Source of the DNA: Alphaproteobacteria bacterium
GTDB lineage: Bacteria > Pseudomonadota > Alphaproteobacteria > GCA-2731375
Reading direction: 5' to 3'
NCBI GenBank assembly: GCA_965232515.1
Contig: CBDDPY010000002.1
Span: forward strand, 4,032,001-4,096,000
DNA length: 64,000 bases
In this document: one piece after another, positions 39,486 to 49,896 of the stretch
Layout: each line of letters begins with the position of its first letter
Position numbering within the stretch: the first letter of the stretch is position 1
Program-made: the position numbers and the translations under genes
Notes under the pieces: generated by a model
What the model saw: the letters and a program-made list of their open reading frames with translations, nothing else
Databases searched by the model: none
Told to the model about the DNA's origin: nothing

Positions 39486-40217
39486 ATGCAGGTCAACAAG
39501 GGCGAAACCTGGGGACTGATCCCGGCGCGCGGCGGCTCGAAGAGCATTCCGCTGAAAAACCTGGCGGCGTTCGCCGGCCGGCCTTTGATCGATTACGTGG
39601 TCTTGGCGGCGCAAGCGAGCGGCCGGGCGACGCGGCTTATCTGCAGCACGGATTCGCCGGAGATCACCCAGCGCTGCCAAGAACTGGGCGTCGAACCGCA
39701 CGACCGGCCGGCCGCGCTTGGCCGGGACGAGACGCCGGTGATCGACGTGATCGCCCACCTGCTGCGGGATCTGGCCGCGCGGGACGGCGCCGTCGCCGAA
39801 TTCGTGGCGTTGCTTCAGCCGACATCGCCGTTCCTGCTGCCGGCGCATATCGACGCCGCCGTCGATGTGCTCGTCGCCGACCCCGAGGCCGGTTCGGCGC
39901 AGACGGTGGTGCCCTGCCCGCATAACCACCACGCCATCAACCAGCGCATCATCGCCGACGGCCATGTCGCGTTCCGCTTTCCGGACGAGCGGGCCCAGGC
40001 CTACAACAAACAGCGCAAGGCGCCGCATTACCTGTTCGGAAATCTGCTGGTGTTTCGCGCCGAAGCGGCGCTGGCGCAGCACGCGCCGTTCGCGACCCCC
40101 AGCCTGCCGGTCGAGATCCCGTTCTACTACGGCTTCGACCTGGACGGGCCGGACGACATCAGATTTGGCGAGGCATTGCTTGCCGCCGGCCTGGTAGCAT
40201 TGCCGCATCTGGTCTGA
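39486..40217 (+). CDS. Acylneuraminate cytidylyltransferase family (copy 1)
   Basis: IPARGGSKSIPLKN, LQPTSP. Confidence 0.9.
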   Translation: MQVNKGETWGLIPARGGSKSIPLKNLAAFAGRPLIDYVVLAAQASGRATRLICSTDSPEITQRCQELGVEPHDRPAALGRDETPVIDVIAHLLRDLAARDGAVAEFVALLQPTSPFLLPAHIDAAVDVLVADPEAGSAQTVVPCPHNHHAINQRIIADGHVAFRFPDERAQAYNKQRKAPHYLFGNLLVFRAEAALAQHAPFATPSLPVEIPFYYGFDLDGPDDIRFGEALLAAGLVALPHLV

Positions 40218-41379
40218 CGGCCGCCGTCACCAACGCCGCCAGCAGGCCGAAGGTACAGAGCCACCAGGTCTGCCAGATACCGAAACTGAGGTTGGCGATT
40301 ACCAGCACGACGACGCTGGCGCCGAGCGCCGCGGCGGCATCGAATCGGTTGCGGATCTGGCATTGCGCCAGCAACGATACGGCGACCACCACGGCCAGCA
40401 ATCCGGCGCCGATGACCCCCAGCTCGAGCCAAACCTGCAGCGTGCCGTTATGCGGGTGCATGCTCATGACGACGCCGCCTTCCGGCAGCCGCTCGTCACC
40501 GCCGGGCAGGTCCCGCGAGGCGTCGAGCCCCCAGCCGAGAGCCGGCTTGTCGAGGATTCGCTCGGCGCTGAAGCGCCAGATGTAAAGGCGGTGCAGGGCC
40601 GAATAATAGGCTTCCGGCACGACCTTGGCGTATCGGTCCGGCGCCAACAGGTTCAGCGGCAGCATGGGCGCGATGGTCACGCCGAGCACGGCGACGGCGG
40701 CAATGACGACATGGGTGCGGTTGCCGAGCCACCAGGCAATGGCGGCCAGCGGCACGGCGATCAGGGCCGCGACCTTGGCGCTGTTGCCGTCGGCGCCGAA
40801 GACGATGAAGGCCGCCGCGATGATGGCCACCCAGCCGAGCCAGGCGCGGCCCCGGCGGCGGAACTCGACGGCTGCGAGCCAGGACGCGAGGAAGACCAGA
40901 ACGACGGCCCGGTTGAGCGCGGCGGCGCGGAATTCGTCCGTCCGTTCCTGGTAGGCGTACCAAGCCTTGGTCGCCGGATAACCCGCCGCCACCTCGAGCG
41001 CCAGCGCCAGCGCGGCCACCGCGAAGCCGGCAATCACGGCGACGCCGAGCCAGTCGCGCGCCGGCGGTTCCAGCCGTCGCGCCGCGGCGAGCATGACCAG
41101 ACCGGCGAAAAGCGCGGCCGCGATCTTGGCGGCCGAGACGATGGATATCTCCGGGTCCGGCGCCCACGACACCGTCATCAGCGCCCACAAAGACAGCGCC
41201 GTCAGCAGCCAGGCAACGCGGGTGTCGAAGATCTCCCGCAGACGGCGGGCCTGCATGTCGAGCAAGAGCTGCCAGATCGCCACCACGAACAGCAGTGGCG
41301 CCAGACCCTTGGGCGCGATGACGCCGACCGGCGCAAACAGCAGGCCGGCGACGATCAACGGATTGGTCGCGACGATCAC
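40159..41379 (-). CDS. O-antigen ligase (Wzy_C/WaaL)-like membrane protein
   Basis: Multi-TM; HRLYIW, PALGWG, HPHNGTLQVWLELGVIG. Confidence 0.85.
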   Translation of the reverse strand: MIVATNPLIVAGLLFAPVGVIAPKGLAPLLFVVAIWQLLLDMQARRLREIFDTRVAWLLTALSLWALMTVSWAPDPEISIVSAAKIAAALFAGLVMLAAARRLEPPARDWLGVAVIAGFAVAALALALEVAAGYPATKAWYAYQERTDEFRAAALNRAVVLVFLASWLAAVEFRRRGRAWLGWVAIIAAAFIVFGADGNSAKVAALIAVPLAAIAWWLGNRTHVVIAAVAVLGVTIAPMLPLNLLAPDRYAKVVPEAYYSALHRLYIWRFSAERILDKPALGWGLDASRDLPGGDERLPEGGVVMSMHPHNGTLQVWLELGVIGAGLLAVVVAVSLLAQCQIRNRFDAAAALGASVVVLVIANLSFGIWQTWWLCTFGLLAALVTAAVRPDAAMLPGRRQAMPRQI

Positions 41380-41381
41380 CT

Positions 41382-42536
41382 TTATCCCCCGGCCGGCAGC
41401 ATATCCGCTGGCAGCACCGCGCGATAGGCCGCAAATGTATCGGCGACAAATTGCTCGACGGAAAACTCGGCCACGGCGCGTTCGCGGCTGCGGATACCCA
41501 TCCGGCGTCGCAGCTCCGGTTCCGTCAGCAGGGTCCGGATCGCATCGGCCGTGGCGGCGCCATCGCGCGCCGGCACCAGCAATCCATTGTCGCGGTCGCG
41601 CACGACCTCGCGGCAGCCGGGCACGTCGGTGGTGACGATCGGCAGGCCGCATGCCGCCGCCTCGATCAGACCGCGTGGCAAGCCTTCGCGGTAGCTGGGC
41701 GTCACCGCGATCGCCGCCTGCGCCAGGATCGCCGGCATGTCGGTAGCGAAACCCCACCATTCGACCAGGCCCTCGTCCTGCCAGCCGCGAATCACCGCCT
41801 CGCCGACGTCGGTCAGGTTTCCCGGATCGCGGCGGCCAACCAGCACGAACCGCGCCTCGCATCCCTCGGCTTTGAGGATGCGGGCCGCATCGACGAACTC
41901 GTTGACCCCCTTGTCGCCGATCAGGCGGGCCGGAAACATCACGATCGGCGCGCCTGCCGGCGGCGAATCGGGCCGGAAGCGATTCATATCGACGCCACAA
42001 CCCTTGATCATCAACGTCACGCCGCCGTCGACCAAGCCCTCGCGGATGAACATGCCGAGATCGTCGGGGTTCTGGAAGATCACACGGGCATTCGGATGCG
42101 CCAACGCGAACCGATAGACCGGTTTGATCAGCCGCCGGATCAGGCGCGACGACAGGTCCTCGCGAATGAACAGGAAACCGAGGCCGGTGACCGCATGCAC
42201 GGCCGCCGGTATCCGCAGCAGACGCGAGCACAGGCCGCCGTAAAGCACGGGCTTCATAGCGACGTGATGCACCAGATCGGGTCGCAACCCGCGCAGCAGA
42301 CGCCAGAACGCCGCGATCAGCCGCAATTCGCCGAGCACGCTGCGGCCGCCGCGCTTGAGCGGAATGTCGTGATAGTGGAAGCCATTGTCGCGAATGATGT
42401 CGGCATAGGGCTGCTCAAACGGCGCCGCCACATGCACCTCGAACCCGGCGTCGCGCGCGGCCAGCGCCACCGGCATCCGGTGGGTGGTGAAGAACAGCGC
42501 TTCGTTCATCAGGAACAACAGACGCGGCGCGGTCAT
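41382..42536 (-). CDS. GT4 glycosyltransferase
   Basis: KPVLYG, FQNPDD, KGVNEF, PSYREGLPRGLIEAAACG, TDVPGCRE. Confidence 0.92.
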   Translation of the reverse strand: MTAPRLLFLMNEALFFTTHRMPVALAARDAGFEVHVAAPFEQPYADIIRDNGFHYHDIPLKRGGRSVLGELRLIAAFWRLLRGLRPDLVHHVAMKPVLYGGLCSRLLRIPAAVHAVTGLGFLFIREDLSSRLIRRLIKPVYRFALAHPNARVIFQNPDDLGMFIREGLVDGGVTLMIKGCGVDMNRFRPDSPPAGAPIVMFPARLIGDKGVNEFVDAARILKAEGCEARFVLVGRRDPGNLTDVGEAVIRGWQDEGLVEWWGFATDMPAILAQAAIAVTPSYREGLPRGLIEAAACGLPIVTTDVPGCREVVRDRDNGLLVPARDGAATADAIRTLLTEPELRRRMGIRSRERAVAEFSVEQFVADTFAAYRAVLPADMLPAGG

Positions 42537-43369
42537 GCGTCACGCTCGCCGACATAGTTGTAGTGGGTCAACAATGGCGACAGCCAATTGCGCGCGGCGG
42601 CATCTTCGAGCCAACCGAGCGGATCGAAGATGGGATGGTTCGGAAACATCCGGAAATGCCGCACGCTGCGGCAGCGGACGCCAACGGCGGCGAACGATCG
42701 CCTGAGCGCCGCGGCGGACAGCACGCGTTCGTTCCCATAAGGCAGTTCGCGGTCGTCCTCGTCGGTAAAAGTCGTCACCGTCCGGGGCCCGCGACGCAGC
42801 AGCAATTGCATCTGCAACAACGGGTTCCAGCCGTTCGCCTCGGAAATCACCAGCGCGCCGCCGAACTTCAACAGCTCGGCCAGATGACGCACGACCTCGT
42901 CACGGGGCTCCAGATGATGGAAGGCCTGTTCCATCCAGATCACGTCGTAGGTGGCGCTGCCGGTGATATCCAGAATACCGGCACGGCGGAATTCGGCCGA
43001 CACCGGGCGGCCGAGATGCCGAGCCATGACATCGGCTCGACGCTGCGCCGTCTCGATGCGGTCGCTGCGGACATCGATGCCCAGCACGTCGGCGCCGTGC
43101 ATAGCCAACCAGAGCGATTCGGTACCGCAGCCGCAGCCGACCTCGAGCAGGCGCAGGCCGGGACGCCGCCGCACCAGCGCCAGCACCTCGTGCATCTGCG
43201 CGGCGTAGTAGCGTCGGATGCGTGGGCTGAACGACCTTGAAAAGCTCCGGTAATAGTCTTTCAGAGTCTGCTCGGCCGGATCGTCAAGCAGGGCGTTGTC
43301 GAGCCAGATGCGCAGGAACGCCGCCGCATCTGGCGCCGCCCGGAGTTGCGCGCCGATCTCGGTGGTCAT
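42533..43369 (-). CDS. Class I SAM-dependent methyltransferase
   Basis: LLEVGCGCG, YDVI..QAFHH. Confidence 0.85.
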   Translation of the reverse strand: MTTEIGAQLRAAPDAAAFLRIWLDNALLDDPAEQTLKDYYRSFSRSFSPRIRRYYAAQMHEVLALVRRRPGLRLLEVGCGCGTESLWLAMHGADVLGIDVRSDRIETAQRRADVMARHLGRPVSAEFRRAGILDITGSATYDVIWMEQAFHHLEPRDEVVRHLAELLKFGGALVISEANGWNPLLQMQLLLRRGPRTVTTFTDEDDRELPYGNERVLSAAALRRSFAAVGVRCRSVRHFRMFPNHPIFDPLGWLEDAAARNWLSPLLTHYNYVGERDA

Positions 43370-44253
43370 CGCGACAAGACCCGCCGCAGCCGGCGGCGTA
43401 CGTTGCCGAGGTTGAGCTGCCGCCTGTAGTGCGACAGCGCGTCCGCCGGCAGCCGGTCCGGGTCGGCGTCATAATCGAAGGCCGCCGCGCCCGGCCGGAT
43501 ATACGCCATGATCGCGTCCCGGTGCGGACTGCGGCGGAACGCCTGCCGGACGTCGTGGTAGTTGCGGGGCGATAGCTTGCGCGGCAGGCCGCGGGCGGCC
43601 TCAAACGCGTCTTCGTCATCGATGTCGAGGGCGGCGAACAGCGGCCGCAACTGGCCGGCCGGGTCTTCGACCAGATCCTCGTAGCGGACGACCTGCCAGT
43701 CCGCGCCGGCGTCTTCGTAGGCCTTCTGCGCGGCGGCCCAGGTATGCGCGGCGCGCAGCAGCACGTCGTCGGGCAGCTTGCCGTCGCGCGAGGTCGGCAG
43801 CAGGAAGGCCGATGGTCGGGCGCCAATGCCCAAGCTCTTGCCGACGATGGAGGCGATGGTCGTCCAGGGATGGCGCACGCAATAAACGAACCGCGCCGTC
43901 GGAAACATCGCCTTCAGAACATCGATGTGCAGCGTGTGGCGGGGGTTCTTGACCACCAACCGGCGGCCGGCGGCCATCTCGAGGTAGCGCGACCGCAGGG
44001 TGTCGATGCGTTCGGGATCGGCCTGGAACGCGCCGGCGGGCGGCTGGCCGGTCGACGCATCGTAGTCGTCATAGAAGATCGACCACCACAGGGCATTGTC
44101 CGAGACGCCCGACGTGTCCTCGGGGCAGACCTGCTTGTTGCGATGCTCGGTGATCAGGAAATGCCGATCGCTGCCGCCCAGAATTCGGGCGGCCAGCAGC
44201 GTGCCCGATCGCGGCGCGCCGATGATGAAGATCGGATCGGCCGAGTCGCTCAT
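43366..44253 (-). CDS. Sulfotransferase
   Basis: IGAPRSGT PAPS loop, VRHP..TIAS, RYEDLV.DP. Confidence 0.88.
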   Translation of the reverse strand: MSDSADPIFIIGAPRSGTLLAARILGGSDRHFLITEHRNKQVCPEDTSGVSDNALWWSIFYDDYDASTGQPPAGAFQADPERIDTLRSRYLEMAAGRRLVVKNPRHTLHIDVLKAMFPTARFVYCVRHPWTTIASIVGKSLGIGARPSAFLLPTSRDGKLPDDVLLRAAHTWAAAQKAYEDAGADWQVVRYEDLVEDPAGQLRPLFAALDIDDEDAFEAARGLPRKLSPRNYHDVRQAFRRSPHRDAIMAYIRPGAAAFDYDADPDRLPADALSHYRRQLNLGNVRRRLRRVLSR

Positions 44254-46178
44254 GCCGCCTGCGCCTCCTGCCAGGCCTGGAACATCAGCACCTCCCAGAG
44301 CTGGTGCTGCCAGTTGCGGCGGCCGCTCAAATGCTCGGTCCAGCGCGCCCGGATCGGCGCCGGATCGAAGAAACCCTCGCGCCGCAGCCGGCTCTCGTCC
44401 AGGAGCGCCTCGGCCCAGTCGCGCAAGGGGCCGCGCAGCCAGTCGTGGATCGGCACGGCGAAGCCCATCTTGGGCCGCTCGATGAGCGCGCGCGGCACGT
44501 GCCGGTGCAGCACCTCGCGCAGCAGCCGCTTGCCGGTGCCGTCGTGGATCCGGAGCGACAGCGGCAGCGACCAGGCGAAGGCGACGACGCGATGGTCGAG
44601 GATCGGCACGCGCGCCTCCAGGCTGACCGCCATGCTGGCGCGGTCGACCTTGGTCAGAATATCGTCCGGCAGATAGCTGAGTGCGTCGAGATACATCATC
44701 TGCGCCGCGAAGTCCGGCACCTCGAGCCAGTCGTCGCGGCGCTGCGCCAGGATCTCCGGCTCACGGCCGCCGACAACGATGTCGGCGGGGTCCTGCCACT
44801 GGCTGATCAGCCGCCGATAGATCTCGGTCAGGCCGTCGGCGTCGAGCAGGCCGGCGAGCTTGTGCAGCTTGTCGCCGGCGTTGCGCTGCCGCAGCAGGCC
44901 GCCGAAGCGGTCCCAGGCGGGCGGCGAGACGGACGTGATCGCGCCGGCCAGCAGACGCCGCAGGCCCAGCGGCAGCCGGGCATTGGTGCAGGCGACCCGG
45001 CCGCTCCAGAGATAGCGGTTGTAGCCGCCGAAGGTCTCGTCGCCGCCGTCGCCGGAGAGCGCCACCGTGACGTGCCGGCGCGCCATCTCGGAGACGAGAA
45101 AGGTCGGCAGCTGTGAGGAATCCGCGAACGGCTCGTCATACATGGCGCCAAGCCGCGGGACGACGGCCTGCGCTTCCCGTGGCGTGACGTAGAGCTCGTG
45201 GTGCTCGGTGCCGAGATGCCGGGCGACGGCGGCGGCGTCCTCGGCCTCGTTGTAGGCGCCGTCGCGAAAGCCGATCGAGAAGGTTTTGACCGGCCGGTCG
45301 CTGTTGGCCTGCATCAGCGCGGCGACGGTCGAGGAATCGATGCCGCCTGACAGGAACACGCCAAGCGGCACGTCGGCGACCATGCGACAGCGCACGGCCT
45401 CGCCGAGGCAGCGCTCGAGCTCGTCGGTGGCTTCGCCGATATCGCCGGCGAAGGGCGTCTGCTGTGCCGTCTCGGCGACGTCTTTCAGCGACCAGTAGGT
45501 TTCGGTCGCCACCTCGCCGCTGTCGGTGTCGAGGGTGAGGATGCTGGCGGGCGCCAGCTTGCGGATCTGCCGGAAGATGCTGTGCGGCGCCGGAATGCAG
45601 TTGAGGCGCATGTAGAGTGTCAACGCATCGCGGTCGATATCGCCCTGGAAGCCGGGATGCGCCTGCAGCGACCGCAGCTCGGAGCCGAACAGGAAGGTGC
45701 GGCCGATCTGTCCGTAGTAAACCGGCTTGATGCCCAGGCGGTCGCGCACCAGGTGCAGACGCCGATCCCGCCGGTCCCAGAGCGCGAAGGCGAACATGCC
45801 GACGAAGCGCTCGACGGCGGCGGTCAGGCCCCATTCGACGATGGCGGCCAGCATGATCTCGGTGTCGGAGCGGCCGCGGAAGGCGTGGCCGAGGCCTTCG
45901 AGCTCGGCCCGCAGCTCGGAAAAATTGTAGACCTCGCCGTTGTAGCTGATGACATGGCGGCCGTCGGCCGACCGCATGGGCTGCGCGCCCTCGGCGGACA
46001 GGTCGATGATGGCGAGACGTCGATGGGCCAGCGCGACGCCAGCCTCGGCGTCGGTCCAGACGCCATCGGAGTCCGGGCCGCGATGGCGGATCGCATCGGC
46101 CATCGCCCGGCCGGTCTCAACGAGCCGGTCAGCGGTCGTGCCGCGCGACAGATCGATAAAGCCGGTGATACCGCACAT
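44250..46178 (-). CDS. asnB: Asparagine synthase-like amidotransferase (glycan amidation type)
   Basis: MCGI, HRGPD, LSGGIDSS, DEPFADSSQLPT, LTKVDRASM, PKMGF; inside the glycan operon. Confidence 0.9.
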   Translation of the reverse strand: MCGITGFIDLSRGTTADRLVETGRAMADAIRHRGPDSDGVWTDAEAGVALAHRRLAIIDLSAEGAQPMRSADGRHVISYNGEVYNFSELRAELEGLGHAFRGRSDTEIMLAAIVEWGLTAAVERFVGMFAFALWDRRDRRLHLVRDRLGIKPVYYGQIGRTFLFGSELRSLQAHPGFQGDIDRDALTLYMRLNCIPAPHSIFRQIRKLAPASILTLDTDSGEVATETYWSLKDVAETAQQTPFAGDIGEATDELERCLGEAVRCRMVADVPLGVFLSGGIDSSTVAALMQANSDRPVKTFSIGFRDGAYNEAEDAAAVARHLGTEHHELYVTPREAQAVVPRLGAMYDEPFADSSQLPTFLVSEMARRHVTVALSGDGGDETFGGYNRYLWSGRVACTNARLPLGLRRLLAGAITSVSPPAWDRFGGLLRQRNAGDKLHKLAGLLDADGLTEIYRRLISQWQDPADIVVGGREPEILAQRRDDWLEVPDFAAQMMYLDALSYLPDDILTKVDRASMAVSLEARVPILDHRVVAFAWSLPLSLRIHDGTGKRLLREVLHRHVPRALIERPKMGFAVPIHDWLRGPLRDWAEALLDESRLRREGFFDPAPIRARWTEHLSGRRNWQHQLWEVLMFQAWQEAQAA

Positions 46179-46194
46179 GGGGCGAGCGATGTTC

Positions 46195-47013
46195 CTAACC
46201 GGTCGCCGCGGCCCGCGCCGCGGGCGGCAGGCCGACCGGTGAGAAGTCGACGTTCGGATAGTGGGCGGCGAGCGCGGCGATGCGCGCCTGCTGCGCCGCC
46301 GTCAGCTCGTCTCGGCCGCGGCCGCTACGACCCTGGTTGAAACGGCTGTTGCTACCGGCGGCGCGGGCGACCGCCGCGTCGACGTCAGCCGTCGCGTCGA
46401 CGCCGCAGAAGTCGAGCACGCGCGCGACGGCGCCAGCCTTGTCAGCCATGACCGCGTCATAGCTCAGCCACAGCGTTTCAACCTCGGTCTGCCGGGACCA
46501 GCCGGCCACGAACTGGACGTACCACGGCAGCGCCAGATCGATGACCAGATCCAGCCGCGCCGCGCGGCCGAGGTCGGCGAAGTCCTCGCCGACGTTCAGC
46601 ACCGGCGTCGTTTTGGATTCCGTCTCCAGGTGATCGCAGAGGCTGACGGCGCAGTCGCAGAGGTCGCGCACCAGCACGACCGGCCGGATGCCGAAGTCGC
46701 GCATGAGCGACAGGTTCGGTTCGGTGGCGCGCGTGTGCTGGTGGCAGACGATGTCCATCGACCAGGCATCCAACAGCTTCGGCAGGTAGAGGTCCTGCTC
46801 GTTCAGGTGATGGGCGCCGAGAAAGAAAGGCATGAAGCCCGTCGCCTCACGCAGGGCGTTGACCAGGAAGGTCGAGCCCGATTTCGGCAGCGCCGTCAGG
46901 AAGACCGTGTTGCCGGCTCGGGTGAACAGCCGTTTGTAGCGGAGCTGCCAGCGCAGGCCGCGCCCGCCTAAGGTCTTCAGCGCCCGATCGGCGCGTTGCG
47001 CGAGGCCGGTCAT
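46195..47013 (-). CDS. Sulfotransferase-domain protein
   Basis: ALPKSGST, VRD..DCAVS, RFNQGRSGRG. Confidence 0.8.
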   Translation of the reverse strand: MTGLAQRADRALKTLGGRGLRWQLRYKRLFTRAGNTVFLTALPKSGSTFLVNALREATGFMPFFLGAHHLNEQDLYLPKLLDAWSMDIVCHQHTRATEPNLSLMRDFGIRPVVLVRDLCDCAVSLCDHLETESKTTPVLNVGEDFADLGRAARLDLVIDLALPWYVQFVAGWSRQTEVETLWLSYDAVMADKAGAVARVLDFCGVDATADVDAAVARAAGSNSRFNQGRSGRGRDELTAAQQARIAALAAHYPNVDFSPVGLPPAARAAATG

Positions 47014-48497
47014 GGCCGGCGCAGCAACATCAACGGTCGCGCCGGCGAGTCGCCGTCGGTGATCATGCGATGGCCGAGCAGCTCGGCCTCGGCCAGCCAC
47101 GGCACGGCCTTGATGCGCTGATACTGGTCGCCAACGCCCTGATCGGCATGGCCCTCGTAGAACATGTAAGTCCAGGGCAGGTCGGCGACGCCGGGCGGAA
47201 AGCCGATATGGTCGCTGACCGCGAGATAGAACAGCACGCCGCCCGTGCGGTCGCCGAACCGGTCCGGCAGCGCGGCGGCGAAGTCGGTCGCGTCATCGAT
47301 GGCGCCGCCGGTGACGGTCGCCCGCGTCGCACCCAACGCCGGCAGCAGGCGCGACGCCGCGCCCGCGACCTTGGGCATATCCCAGCCGAAGCCCCAGAGC
47401 GCGCCGGCGCCCAGCGCCTGATACAGCATCAGGCCGGTATTGCAGCCGATATCGAAGACCAGCCGGTCGTCGAGCGACAGGTCGGCATGCCGGAGTAGTT
47501 CGTCAAAAGCCCGCCAGCGCGTCTCGATGTCGCGCTTGCCAGGCGCCAGACCGGGGATGGCCTGATAGAGATACTGGCCGCCGCCGCGAAAGAAGCGCGT
47601 GCCGCCGAAATGCGTCTTGTCCTTCTCTTCCTCGGCGATCTGGCCCACGAGCAGCGCGTCGTCCGTAATCATGAAGGACTGGAAATCGACGTAAAGCGGC
47701 TGACCGGTCTTTGCGTCGAGGCGCAGGTTGCCATTGCAATCCGGGGCTTCGAAGTCCATCGCCACGTCGGTGCTGCTGTGCACCGTGGTGATGCCGCTGT
47801 GTTCGAGCCAGGATTGCAGGCGCGGCATGAATTCGGCGTGCGCCGGCGCATCGGCCAGCGGGCCGCCGACATGATCGACGACATACGCCGTCAACGGCAC
47901 GCCGGCGGCGTCGAGGTGAAGGAGGTCGTGCACCCGAGGACCCAGGCCGGCGGCATGAAGCTGGTTGGCGATCCGCATCAATGCTTTCGGCGGCGGCGTC
48001 AGCTTGCGCAACAGGGACGCGCCGGCGGCCGGGTTCAGCTCGTGACGCGCATAGATGGCATCGTCCGGATGTTGCAGGTCCTTCAGGATCTTCAGGCCGA
48101 CGCCCGCCGGATAGACCTCTCGCAGGAACGGAAAGCAGCGGTCGAGGGCCGGTCCCGGCCCGACATACAAGGTCCAACCGCCCGCCATCGGATCGAGGTC
48201 GTGTGCAACGAGCGCCTGCTGCAGATCATCCGCATCGCGGATGACGCCCAGATTGACATCGAAACCGAGCACCGACTGACGCGACAGGAAAGCCGCGAAG
48301 CGTCCGTCGTCGCGCTTCGCCCGCAACTTGCCGGAAACCAGCGCGTGGACGAAAAACCGCACGGCGACGACAATGCCCCAGAGACGGAGCAGGAAACGAT
48401 AGGCCCAGGGAAACGGGTCGACCAGCGCCCGCAGCTTCTTGCGCAGGACGTAGCCGAGACCGGGCCGGGGCGCGTTCGCGCGCAATTGATCGGTCAT
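47010..48497 (-). CDS. Kinase-like plus methyltransferase fusion protein
   Basis: GLKILK, LGPRVH, DCNGN, LYVDFQ, then YQAIPG...VFDIGCNTG. Confidence 0.6.
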   Translation of the reverse strand: MTDQLRANAPRPGLGYVLRKKLRALVDPFPWAYRFLLRLWGIVVAVRFFVHALVSGKLRAKRDDGRFAAFLSRQSVLGFDVNLGVIRDADDLQQALVAHDLDPMAGGWTLYVGPGPALDRCFPFLREVYPAGVGLKILKDLQHPDDAIYARHELNPAAGASLLRKLTPPPKALMRIANQLHAAGLGPRVHDLLHLDAAGVPLTAYVVDHVGGPLADAPAHAEFMPRLQSWLEHSGITTVHSSTDVAMDFEAPDCNGNLRLDAKTGQPLYVDFQSFMITDDALLVGQIAEEEKDKTHFGGTRFFRGGGQYLYQAIPGLAPGKRDIETRWRAFDELLRHADLSLDDRLVFDIGCNTGLMLYQALGAGALWGFGWDMPKVAGAASRLLPALGATRATVTGGAIDDATDFAAALPDRFGDRTGGVLFYLAVSDHIGFPPGVADLPWTYMFYEGHADQGVGDQYQRIKAVPWLAEAELLGHRMITDGDSPARPLMLLRRP

Positions 48498-49888
48498 GCC
48501 TGGCCGACGCCGCGCACGATCACGCAGTTCGGCAACGCCGGAATCGACGCGACGTCGACATCGGCGAAACGGCCCGTCGCCTGACGCAAACGGTCCAGCA
48601 CGGCGCCCGCCTCGTCGACCCGCAGGCCGGGAAACTTCTGCGCCGCGTAGCCGCCGTCGCCACCGCCGGATGAGAGGACACGCTGTAACCGGCGTTTGCC
48701 CTGCTGCAGGGCGTCCCGTCCGGCCCGAGCGGCGCGGGCCGACAACGAGTCGTCAAAGACATCCACCGGCACGTCGACGTCCCGCAGGGCCGCGACGATG
48801 TTCTGACAGGCGAATGGTCCGCGAAGGCCGGCAATATAGGCACCGACGATCTCCCGCTCGGCATCATCCGCCGGCCGGTTGTCGAGACCGTCCCGGATGG
48901 CGGCGATCAACGCATCGCGGCTGGTACATTCATGACTGACGGCGTTGGGCAGGTAGGCATCAAACGTTTCCGACCGCACCGCGCGATAGGCATAGACCGG
49001 CGTCGACAGCAGGAACGCCTCCAGGCCTGTGCTGCAGCCGGCATGCACCAGCGCGTCGGCGCCGATGATCCAGGGCGCGGCACTGCCATCGTGGATCACG
49101 GCGACGTTGTCGAGGCCGGCGGTTTCGCTGCGCCAGCGGTCGTGGTTTTCGGCCGGATGCGGCCGCACGACGATGCGCCGGTCGGGGAATGCCGCCGCCA
49201 GGTCCGGCAGCATGGCGACGAAGGAATCGAACATCGCGTGCGCGTGATCGCACCAAGCCTGCAGATACGCTTCCTCGCCCTCGGTCCGAACGATGCCGCG
49301 CTGTTTTTGCAGCGTGACCATATGGTTCGGACCGAGATAGTGGTTGTAGCGGCCGAAATTGGTGTTCACCAGGATGTAGGGCGCGTGGGCGTCGCGTATC
49401 GCCTCGACCTCGGTCGCGTAGAGCGCCCGCAGTTCGGGCCTGAGCACGTCCATGCGGGGATTGCCCGTGGCCAGGACCTTGTCGGCCTGGCCGTTGGCGT
49501 GGCTGGCGATATCGCTGCGCTGGCGCTCGCCCCAGGCAAAGAAACGATCGGCGAGGCCGAGCGAGTCCAGCGACACACGCTCGGACAGGTAGGTCTCGCG
49601 GTCGAGATAGACCAGCCCCTCCTCGCACCAGGCGGCGATGTGATGGCCGGCCTGCTTCAGCCGCTCGAAATGCCGGGTCTTGGTGCGGGCGACGCTCTTG
49701 TCGAGATAAATGCCCCGGGGCAGACGTTTCAGATGATGCAGCAGTACGTTCTGGTCGCCCAGCACGGTGCTGAAGCCAGCTTCGGCCGCGAACGCCGCCA
49801 GCAGCAGCTTCCCCTGCAGCTCGCGCACCTTGACCTCGACCGGCAGCAGCAGCCAGCGGCTCGCGTCGCTATGGGCGGTCGCGGACAT
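48494..49888 (-). CDS. Surface carbohydrate biosynthesis protein (GT-B-like)
   Basis: PVEVKVRELQGKLLLA, EEGL, TGNPRMD, VRPHPAE, CSTGLEA. Confidence 0.8.
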   Translation of the reverse strand: MSATAHSDASRWLLLPVEVKVRELQGKLLLAAFAAEAGFSTVLGDQNVLLHHLKRLPRGIYLDKSVARTKTRHFERLKQAGHHIAAWCEEGLVYLDRETYLSERVSLDSLGLADRFFAWGERQRSDIASHANGQADKVLATGNPRMDVLRPELRALYATEVEAIRDAHAPYILVNTNFGRYNHYLGPNHMVTLQKQRGIVRTEGEEAYLQAWCDHAHAMFDSFVAMLPDLAAAFPDRRIVVRPHPAENHDRWRSETAGLDNVAVIHDGSAAPWIIGADALVHAGCSTGLEAFLLSTPVYAYRAVRSETFDAYLPNAVSHECTSRDALIAAIRDGLDNRPADDAEREIVGAYIAGLRGPFACQNIVAALRDVDVPVDVFDDSLSARAARAGRDALQQGKRRLQRVLSSGGGDGGYAAQKFPGLRVDEAGAVLDRLRQATGRFADVDVASIPALPNCVIVRGVGQA

Positions 49889-49896
49889 ATCCGGCC

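Noticed and set aside
44250-46178. Two asnB-like genes as duplicated asparagine synthesis
   Set aside because: They differ in length and sequence; this one is embedded in the glycan operon like known sugar amidotransferases
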